A stretch of DNA of 54,034 bases from Vitrella brassicaformis CCMP3155 (taxonomy: Eukaryota; Protista; Chromerida): NCBI GenBank assembly GCA_001179505.1, contig CDMY01000545.1, positions 1 through 54,034 of the forward strand, given 5' to 3'. Shown in pieces: positions 41,521 through 51,525 of the stretch; within the stretch, counting starts at the first letter, position 1, and each line of letters begins with the position of its first letter. Under the pieces are notes generated by a model that was not told the origin of the DNA, made no database searches, and saw nothing but the letters and a program-made list of their open reading frames with translations. A program made the position numbers and the translations under genes.

Positions 41521-42836
41521 CTACTCGAACAGTCTGCGCATCTCCTGCTCGCTCATCTTGATGCCGGTCAACGGGCAACTGCACAACAAACACACACACC
41601 CGTATATGCATTATGCCCATCTGGTCCGTCCGTTGCCTTTTCCCCACTCACTGACCATCCGTGTTGCCTGAGGAAGCTGCTCAGGCACCGATAACAATAC
41701 ACGTAACCACTCGACGCACACGCCTGCATCGGCACACAAGAACACCCAAATACCCACACGACCAAAGGCCCGTCTTCTCCCTCCCACTCTCACTCCCCGG
41801 GTTTTGCCTTGGCTGGTGGCACAGCGGACACAATCGGGGGTCCTGCGGCAGGGGAGGGGGTGGGGGAGGGGGGGCGCCGGACGATAGACTGTCGGATTGC
41901 CCAGACCCTTTGTGCTGCCTGGTGGCGATGAGCAGGGGTGCTGACGGGGGTGGTGGGGGAGGGTCTGCGGCGTCGTGCGGCTGCAGCTGCGCCTCAGTCT
42001 CATACCACCACTCAAGCAGACGCAACGCAGATATACCTGGGAAACATACACGCACATGTGTGTCTATGTGAGCTGGCACTGTTGATTGGCTGAAGCACAC
42101 GCACCAGCGAAGAGGCTCCATGAGATGGCCTCTTGCACGAGAGCTGCCCGCGACCTGCAGACACACACGAGATGGTTGACGGACCGCTCATGTATGTTAC
42201 GATCTCGTCAGCGTACATGGGCTCCTTCGACTCAGATGGTGGGGGGTCGGGGTGAGACCTGCAGGCAGCACGGCACACGTTGGGCTGTCTGTCTGTCTGT
42301 CTGTCTCTCTGTCTCTCTGTCCGCAGTCATTCACCTGAGCACCAGTCCCATGGCCTGCAGGTAGGGCGACCAGAAGGGCCACCGATGCGGGTCCAGCAGA
42401 TACAGCAACGCATAACCAGCTAGCACGCCCTCGTGGAAGCCGTACACATACGGCAGCGCCGCATCCACTGAGGGACGAAGCTTGGCGATCCGCTCGGATG
42501 CGATCCGGTGTATGGTGGCCACATGGCTGCGAATAGAGGCGACGAGGGGATCGGAGGATGCGTGTGGGCGGCTTCGTGGTGGCTGGGGAGGGGAAGGGGC
42601 CGATGGCTCGGGTGGCGGGCGGACGACAAAGCGCCATTGAAGAACATACTGAAGCAGACAAGCCGACAGGGGAGTGGGTGTTGCCTCATCGTCAGTTGAT
42701 GTGCGTACGTACGTCCATCACTCACCTCTTCCATTGCGCTGCGGATAAGAGGGACGAGAATGAGCACAGCAAGCGACGCCAGCCGATGCCGTAAAGGCAG
42801 CCGATCGCCGTACTGCAGCTGGTGGGCCTACCACAG

Positions 42837-42873
<37 letters not shown>

Positions 42874-43451
42874 GACCATCCATATGCGTCCAATCCGTCG
42901 CTGCAGTTCTCTTCGCTCGGCATACTTTGAGCTTGCGTTGGTTGTCCACATATCGCAGCGGTGCGTCCCGCCCCCCTTTGTTGGATGTGGTGCCCTTGCC
43001 AGGCCACCGCAGCAATGGGGGCGGGTCGATGACCACCTCACGCCGCAACTGGTAGAACCGCTCAGAGAACGAACTCTGTGCACACACGGCCAGACAGAGA
43101 GCGCATGACCTGGTGTCATCGACAGAGTGTCATTGTTTGCAGGTTAGTTGATTAGCTTGCCTGGTAGTGTGTGAGGTAATGCCACTCGAGCGCTGCCAGC
43201 GCCAGCCAGTACACCACCTCCCAGCGGGTCAGGTAAGGCGACCACAAGGGATACCTGAACACACAAAAGCAACACAGAGATGCATCCGTCTGCTAGATGG
43301 GTGGCTGCTGAGAGTACCTGTTGGAGATGACTTGTATGACGAACTTGACGGCAGGCCTGAGGCCCAGCAGCAGCTTGTCCTGTGCCAGCAGCTCAAAGAA
43401 GGAGGGAGTGAGGCCACGCACTCCATACAGCGAAGTGATGAATGGATCCAT
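41521..43451 (-). CDS. PEX12: Peroxin 12 (peroxisomal RING-type E3 subunit)
   Basis: N-terminal TPSFFELLAQDKLLLGLRPAVKF; HRWPFWSPY; FLRLLEWWY; C-terminal CPLC...NP|ACASSGYVYCYRCL...CPLTG...MRRLFE-TAG. Confidence 0.92.
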
Positions 43452-43510
43452 CTCACAGAAGAACTGGGAACGAGTACCACCTACGCCTGAATCGGCGATC
43501 TACCCCCATC

Positions 43511-43526
43511 TGCGAGCTTAGCTGCA
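43511..43526. promoter_or_regulatory. Candidate bidirectional promoter element TGCGAGCTTAGCTGCA
   Basis: Lies in the 106-bp gap between PEX12 (-) and the helicase (+); near reverse complement of GAGCTAAGCTTGCA. Confidence 0.5.
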
Positions 43527-43557
43527 AGGAGGGGGAAAGGCTTCTTCCGATGAACGA

Positions 43558-46453
43558 ATGGCAAGGCGTGGAAGAACGGGGAGTGCCGCTGCGTCGCCGG
43601 AGAGCAGCCGCGTGTCCAAGATCTCCGACATCAGCGATGGCCTCACCCGAAGGCTCAAGGCACTGGGCATCTTCAAGCTGTTCGACATACAGAGGGCCTG
43701 CCTGCAGCCCATACTCGAGGGTACGAGCAAGAAAGACCGATGCCCGATGAATGCAAGATGCCCTGTGCCGTCATCAGGCCACGATGTGATTGGGTACAGC
43801 CGCACGGGCACCGGGAAGACGCTGGCATACCTGCTGCCGATATTCCAGCGGCTGGATGCACACAAATGGGCGGCGGAGGAGCCCGTGCTGATACTGACAC
43901 CCACTCGTGAGCTGGCCGAACAAGTCGCCCTCTCTGCATTCCAGTAAGGGAGAGAGCACACACAGGAGGAAAGGGCACTGCAGAGGAAGAGCTGCATGTG
44001 TCCTTGTGTCAGGTTGTGTTCGTCATCCAGCAGTGTGCACGTGTCGCTGCTGACTGGCGGTGAGTCTCTGAAGGTGCAGGAGGCCTCGATGCGGGGAGGC
44101 GCACACGTCATCATCGGCACACCCGGTACAAGTCGCATGTGTCAAGCGGCATTCGTTTTCGTGTGTTCCCACTCACTGGCAGGGCGGGTGTGTGAGGCGT
44201 GTCGACAGGATGTGCTGAGCCTCAAGGGCCTCAGAGTGGTGGTCAGCAGGTTCATTCAGTGAGTGCAGGTGCGCATGTGACCATCGTAGTGCGTATGTGC
44301 AGGTGTTGGATGAGTTTGACGAGCTCATCTCTCGCGGCTTCAGCGAAGGGCTAGACGAAATCCTCAAGCACGGTGGGCGGGCCGTAAGACCGCACGTACC
44401 CACCCCCCACCCATCCATGTCTCTCGTTCTTCGCAGCGTCGAACTCGTCCTCGCCGCACCGTCACCAGACGTTGGCCTTCTCAGCGACCGTCTCGCCCTG
44501 GCTGCGCGACGCACTCAAGACATACCTCACAAAGCCTATAATCATCGACCAGATTGGCAAAGGTACGCCTGGTGGGTGAGTGGATGGCCTGATTGCCGAA
44601 TACATGTGTGTGTGCCTTGCTTGTACGCAGGCGAGTCGCCTGTCAGCGATCGGGTGCAGCATCTCAAAATGAAGGTGTGTGAGTGGACAGGGAAGGCGAC
44701 AACATGGGGATTTGTCATTTGTGTTCGTTGTTCGCTCAACTTACCCACTCAGGTGGCCTCTTCCTCTGACGTCAAGCGTGTGCGTGCTCTGACTTACCTC
44801 CTCTCGTCAGCCGGGGAAGACGCCAACAGGTCAGCTAGACGAAGGAGAGAACGGCAGATATGTCTTCACCAGCTGTGTGTCTGCGTGCTTCACCAGGGTG
44901 ATAATCTTCACGCAGACACGTCACGAGGCCATCATGCTGTCGCAGCACCGTTGGCTGCAGCCCATGTAAGGACACGCGCTGCATGCTCACTCACAGACTC
45001 ACTCTGTTCCTTCCCGTTTCTTTTCCTCTTACAGAAGCCGTGTATTGCACTCAGAGATGGTCCAGACCGAAAGACAGGACACCCTCACCGACTTCAGGTG
45101 ACCACCACCCCACACAAGAACAGCTCCCCCACACACGGATGTCACGTGCTTGCATTGGTGCGGCAGGCGTGAGTCCTTCCCCATATTGATCACCACAAAC
45201 CTGGCGTCGAGGGGGCTGGACTTCCCGGTCAGAAGAGCTACCAGCCAACACACTCGGAGATACATGGCATCGGACACTGTGTGTGGCTGGCTGGTTGTGC
45301 AGGGTGTGTCGACAGTGGTGCACTACACGCCGCCCAAGACAGTTGAAGAGTATGTCCACAGGGCCGGCAGGACAGGTACGCCAAAGTGCGCACACACAGA
45401 CAAACACTAATGGATTGTATCGATTGGTAACGCTGTTGGTGTGCCAGGTCGCGGGATGGAGGGAGGCAAATCTATCGTACTCTACGACGCATCACAGGCA
45501 TGCCGTATTCTCTTTTGCCCGTTTCTCAGCAAATGATCCATGAATGGACGTCTCGTGTGTGCAGGAGCGGACAGTGGAGCTCATCCAGCGGGGAATCAGG
45601 AAGGTCCGTGCACGGAACCAACAACGAAGAGCACACCAGACGCATGACTTTCCCGCGTCTGTGTGGGTAGGTGTTTGGAGAAATGGACGCGCCTGACGAG
45701 AGCATCGTGCGTGAAGGGCTCATCAAACGCATGGGTGAACAACAGAACAGAACACGGCTCAGAAAGAGATGCATGAGATGTCATGCATGGTTGCATCAGA
45801 GGCTGACCTCGCCCCGTCTGATCGGGTTGACGGCCGGGCGTACATGGAAGAGGCCGACAAACAAATGGACCTGCACGGACCAAAGTAACAGACACAGATA
45901 GACAGCTGAGGTGCCCTTCCTGCCCCCATGCACCATATATGTGTGCTGTATGTGTTGCTGCTCATCCATTTATTCATATTCATGTAGGCTGTTGGCGGCC
46001 TCCATGGCTCTCCTGGATCAGCGTAACAGGACAGCCTCGTGGGCGTCCCAGCTGTCTGGTCGATTCGGCTACACGCCCATCGTGCTGCATGACCCCCTCA
46101 TGCAGCACCTACGCTCACGAGCACATGTCATGAGGTACACCTTTGGACACACGCATGGACGCCCGCCATGAGTGTGCACCCGTGGGCGTACGTAGGTTCT
46201 TGACCAAGCTGCTCCCCCGCAGTGTGTCGAAGGTCGGGCGGATAGCCATGGTGGCCAAAGTGGGATACCTAGTGGTGAGTGAGCTGGACTACAACAGTCT
46301 CAGACATCCCACAAAGGTGGCTCTGTTCGCTGCTGTTTTCGTCAGGACATCCCGGTACAGCACGTGTCTCACGTATTCCGTGCTGTCAAGGCCAGGACGG
46401 CCCCAGCTGCCGTGCACGTGTCCATGCTGGCCAGGAACTGCAGATGGCAGTGA
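43558..46453 (+). CDS. DEAD-box RNA helicase, DDX21/DDX50-like (DEFD motif II; GUCT-like C-terminus)
   Basis: LFDIQ; SRTGTGKTLAY; PTRELAEQ; GTPG; VLDEFD; QTLAFSAT; TNLASRGLDFP; YVHRAGRTG; C-terminal SQLSGRFGY. The 3' end is approximate. Confidence 0.88.
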
Positions 46454-47380
46454 TCGGTGAATTGATGCAGCCGGGCAGGGGGGTTGGCGACAGGAGTGCT
46501 GCGTGTGGGCAATCAGCAGCTGGTTGTCTGTCCCTCAGGTGAGCACTCTAGTATGTCTGGCTTCTTGGTGCAGCCTACACGTGCAGATGAGTTTGCCCGC
46601 TGGCAGCCCCCCACGTGGATGTGTTCATCGGGGTGCATGTCTGCGTATGTCCATATATTTGTCGATGAGTGCCGAGAGGAAAATGAGAGGGACATGCGGG
46701 TATAGCATGCATTCCTTTTTGAACCACTCGGCCAGGGAGTCGGCCATATGCCGCGTCATTCCGCAGCTGTTGGGCAAAGATCGGACGGCTGTGGGCAGCT
46801 GTGGGTCATCTGTTTTTGTTTTTCGCACGCCTCTCTTTTACTTCACTCTCACACAACCTTTTCCCGCTTGCGGCGAGAACTCTTGACGATTCTCGACAGA
46901 CGGGAGACAAAACCGTTTCACTTGCAGATTATCTATTTCCTCAGCCCTGACCTTCCATCTCCCCCGCTTCTGCGTCTTTTCGGCCGGCTGTCGTCTCATG
47001 TGGCCCGCCGCAACCTCTTCCAAGCCTCTCTCACCATCGACGGCTCACCATGCGCCAGTCTTCTCAGTCTCTTCAGCCTGTATCTTCTCTGGCCGCATTG
47101 CCACGGTGAGGTGCGGGCTGGAGGACTGCTGCACAAGCAAGAGCGGACGCACTCTTCGGTTGAAGAAACGCGGGGTCACTTTGTCCGTTGCAAAGGGACA
47201 ACGAGTTGGAGCCTGGTGGTGGTGCGTCCGGGCTGGACAACCCGCCATCTGTCTGTTTGTGGAAGAATGAAGCGTCTCAAACATCAAGGTAGAGAGGGAA
47301 GGAAGAGGCAACAGCATCAGCGCAAAAGGCTGTGGAGCAGCAGCAGCAACAAGCAAGTGACGGCAGCAGCAGACACCGCG

Positions 47381-49706
47381 ATGGCGGCAAGCGACAGCCG
47401 GACGCTGCTGCATAGCGGCGATGGACAAGAGTATGAGTTGCATGAGAAGCTGGGCGGCGGCACGTACGCCACCACCTACGCAGGCATGTGGAACGGTCGG
47501 TCCGCTGCATTCAAGACGCTTCTGCTGCCGACGGTGGCGGACGGCAAAGGCGAGCGCCTCATCGCAGCGACCATCGAGAGGAGCCGCCTCGAAAGCCTGC
47601 GGGAGTCGGTCAGCGAGGCGGACCTGACGCCGATAGAGGGCGCCATTCGTCCGTATTCTCGGGGCCGAGACCGACGAGAACCACCCGGCTGTGCTCGTTA
47701 AAGGCGGGAGGGAGACGCCGTGTCTGTTCGTCGCGATGGAGCAGGTGCCAGCAGGTATGTGAGGTGCGTGAGACAGACAGGGAGGGAGGGAGGGAGGGAG
47801 GGAGGAACGCATGGATTTGCTTGTGTGTTTGCTTCTTCGCTTGCTGTTATTGTCTGTATGTGTGTGTATCTGTGCCTTTCAGATGCGTACATGGGGATGG
47901 ATGAATTTGTGAAGCTGCACTCCTTCACGGCCATATCGGCCCGCTTCCAGCAGCGTCCCATCCCCCCCAACTGCACACCCCAGGTCGCCAACGACACGCT
48001 GGCGTGACGGCGGGGGGCATCGATTTGTCCGTGCGCTGGCTGACGCGTGGTCTGTGGCACCTCACGAGGTGCCACAGATCGCTGCTGTCGCTTGGCGTCA
48101 TCTGCCCCGACAACTTCCTGAAGGACATGTTCCTGCACAAGAAGGAGCTCAGCAAGAATGAGCTGCCGCCGCCGTCCCCGGCACACACCACTCCCTCCGA
48201 TGACCTCCTCCTCCCCAGCATCGGAGCCATCATGATAGACCTCGCCAGCAGCGTCCGAGCCACGCACAACCTTCCCAGCCGGCTGCAATGTGAGCCCGTC
48301 ACGGCGACGAGCAAGATGCGCCCCCCCGCCCGAATCCAGAGTCCGTGCGCCGCTGACCCCTTGCTGCTGTCGCAGCAGGTGGCGGAGCAGCAGACTCCCA
48401 ACGGCACGCCGGCTGCGCTGGACGAGGTGACGGCGCTGGTGCTGGCGAGGGCGTGGCAGGAGGAGGGCAGCTCCCCGGGCAGCATGACGGAGGGCGAGCA
48501 GAAGGCGTTGTGGGATGCGTTGGCGAGGGCCGAGAGGCGGATGAGGGGGGCGGGAGACGGGAGGGTGTTTGAGTGCGACGGTGGTGGCGAGAGTGTGTGG
48601 ATGGATGAGCAGACGGCTGTGGACGGCATCGGGCAGCTGATTCTTCGGCTGCTTCGCAGCGACACCATCGTCCCGATGGTCGTCCCGCCGACCCGAGGCA
48701 ACGCGACGGCCGAAGACGACGCGAGAATAGTGGAGGGCATGTGTGCCAGAGCAGCGCTGGATGGCCTCGAGACATTTCACAAGACGACGAACCCCCACAC
48801 AGGCCTCCCCCACCAGCCCCCATCAGCGCATGCCGTCCCATCGCTGCTGGACCGGATCAATAGCGAGCCGCATCTGACGTGGGTCAAGGGCGTGGCGGCT
48901 TGGCCGGCCAATCTGGCGCGCCACGCATGCCACCCCGACCTGAGTGGCCGGCGGATCACCCTCGCGGACATCGAGAGAAGCCTCTACGCGCTGCACGAGC
49001 ACTTCTTAAAGGAGAACTTCGTCGTGCAGGCGAGTGTGTGGGAGGCCGAGGCGACAGCCGACCAGGTCATGGACCTCGCCACGACCGTCGCGGACGAGCA
49101 GGTGGGTCATGTCGTGTGTTGCATCGTGTGAGGGAGAGAGGGAACGAGGATGGGAGTCAGAGTGTGTGCCTCTTTGGGTGCGTGCTTGTTTCTTTGCAGG
49201 GGTGTGTGCCTTTCGTTTCGCTGTTCCGTGGCGCAGCGTTCAGACAGCCACCCCAGCCGCCAGTCACAGCCACACCCGTCGCAGCCACAGCCGCCGCCGC
49301 CGCAGCAGCAGGGTCACAGGTCGACACGGACAGCGCCCCCCCTGCGCGTTCGCTCCCTGATGCGCCACCAGCAGCCGTTCCCGGACGGACCCCACTGGCG
49401 ACACCACCAGCAGAGTTGGAGTCCCCCGGACGGGCACCGCTGGCCCCACCACCAGCAGCAGAGCTGGGCGGCGGCACGTACGCCACGACCTACGCAGGCA
49501 TGTGGAACGGTCGGTCCGCTGCATTCAAGACGCTTCTGCTGCCGACGGTGGCGGACGGCAAAGGCGAGCGAGACAACAGTATCATCGCAGCGACCATCGA
49601 GAGGAGCTGCCTTGAGAACCTGTGTGAGTCGGTCGGCGAGGCGGACCTGACGCCGATTGAGGACAGGCCGACGAGGGCGCGTCCGCATTCTCGGAGCCCA
49701 GACTGA
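47381..49706 (+). CDS. Divergent protein-kinase-like gene with two frame disruptions and a C-terminal duplicate of its N-lobe exon (possible pseudogene)
   Basis: LGGGTYATTY (Gly loop); AAFK; FVRILG; LFVAMEQVP; putative catalytic loop VICPDNFLKD; IMIDLAS. Frame changes occur at ~47609-47640 and ~47962-48003. An alternative start is at 47267. Confidence 0.65.
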
Positions 49707-49787
49707 CCACAACTGCCCGACTGTGCTCGCTAAAGGCGGGAAGGAGACGCCGTGTCTGTTTGTCGCGATGGAGCAGGTGCCAGCAGG
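49462..49787 (+). repeat. Recent duplicate of kinase exon-1 segment 47448-47755
   Basis: Near-identical from AGCTGGGCGGCGGCACGTACGCCAC to GAGCAGGTGCCAGCAGG, with small indels. Confidence 0.95.
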
Positions 49788-50029
49788 AGTGGCGAGTTGG
49801 AGAGTTAATGAGCGGGGACTCGTTAACTGGAGAGTTAAGGGAGGGAGGATGAGAGAGAGGGCAAATCGCTGACTACGTTTTATATTGTGGTGTCTCATAC
49901 GACCTCAGCACCGCGCCACCAGGTTGATGTGTCTGCTGAAGTTTGGCTTGTGGGTGTGAGCAGTCCGCTGTGCATGCCATTTGTTTGCATCCCAGACGGA
50001 TGAAAGGACACTGAATGGATATTTAACCC

Positions 50030-50340
50030 ATCTATGCTTGAGAACTTGTGCGTCTGGATGCCGTCTTGAATGTAGACGCCAAAGAGGATGACAATCAGCA
50101 AGTCCGGCCCATCCTCCACACGGTCCAGCAGATCGTCATAGCTTGTGCCGTCCACAGAGGCCCTGTATGACACACAGAGACACACACACACACACACACA
50201 CAAGCGACAGACAGCTACTTGCTCTTGTGCACGAACACATCTGTGTGCATGAGGGTGATGTACCGATCTGTAGAGGGTGGTGAGGTCGTATCGTTTGTTG
50301 CCTCACGCAGGCCACGGAGGCCCTCATATTCTGACGCCAG
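50030..50340 (-). pseudogene. Degraded TLDc-domain copy
   Basis: SEYEGLRGL exon nearly identical to 53221-53290 but with a small deletion; donor GT changed to AT at 50266-50267; next exon ASVDGTSYDDLLDRVEDGPDLLIVI-LFGVYIQDGIQT carries internal deletions. Confidence 0.8.
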
Positions 50341-50672
50341 TTAGGAATCACCACAGGGAGACGTTACAGGAACGCACACATTAAGACACACCACGACGGC
50401 GACCTTCATATACGTATGTGTGTGCATGCTATTGGGTGGCGTTGCTCAGCCACGTCACGGCCGTATGATTTGTCCCACTCCACTTGGCGAAATGCATCAT
50501 TCAATCAGAAAGTGCCTTTATCAAGTGATTGCACAGTCGCGTCTGCACAGTTGGGTCCACCACCGCACACATTACACACACAGGGCACCTACACACACCG
50601 AGAGAGACCTCATGCACACTGCACAAAAAATATGGTAGTTTCGCAGCGCAGGCGGTTCTCGAAAGTGACACC

Positions 50673-50971
50673 NNNNNNNNNNNNNNNNNNNNNNNNNNNN
50701 NNNNNNNNNNNNNNNNNNNNNNNNNNNNNNNNNNNNNNNNNNNNNNNNNNNNNNNNNNNNNNNNNNNNNNNNNNNNNNNNNNNNNNNNNNNNNNNNNNNN
50801 NNNNNNNNNNNNNNNNNNNNNNNNNNNNNNNNNNNNNNNNNNNNNNNNNNNNNNNNNNNNNNNNNNNNNNNNNNNNNNNNNNNNNNNNNNNNNNNNNNNN
50901 NNNNNNNNNNNNNNNNNNNNNNNNNNNNNNNNNNNNNNNNNNNNNNNNNNNNNNNNNNNNNNNNNNNNNNN
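50673..50971. other. Assembly gap (299 N) followed by a C22 run
   Basis: Directly visible in the sequence. Confidence 1.
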
Positions 50972-51525
50972 NCCCCCCCCCCCCCCCCCCCCCACCCTCC
51001 ACACACACACACGTACTCACACCCCAGCACACTTACAGTCACGCAGGCACAGAGAAAAAGAGAGAGAGGCATGTACATCATGAAATCGATCGGCTCACCC
51101 TCAGGCGTCCCAGTAGATGGCAGACGGCAGCCCCGCCACAGCACAGCACCACAGCACATGTGGCAGTCTATGGGTATGTGTGTTAGCGCAGTGCAGAGCA
51201 GTCACTACTTGACTAAGCAACACACAGCGGAACAGCACCCACATGCCAGCTGTGTCGCGGAACAACACTCCTAGCACACACACACACACACACACACATT
51301 TCGTTTGGCCAGGGCTCACTGGTGGCCATCCGATCACGGAGCTAACGGGACAGACGACACGTACACAGCACTTACATGTACTCATGTTGTCAGAGACACA
51401 CACGTTGAACACGTACACTTACAGACAACTTACAGACAGATGCACACGCACTTACACACACACATCGCTCCTACACACACACATCGCTCCTGTTCCGCCG
51501 CACCAACAACACTGGTCGAGTGCTT

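Noticed and set aside
47698-48813. 371-aa and 271-aa minus-strand ORFs
   Set aside because: They are GC-rich antisense frames of the kinase-like CDS.
50416-51186. ORFs spanning the N run
   Set aside because: They are artefacts of translating the assembly gap and the adjacent poly-C.
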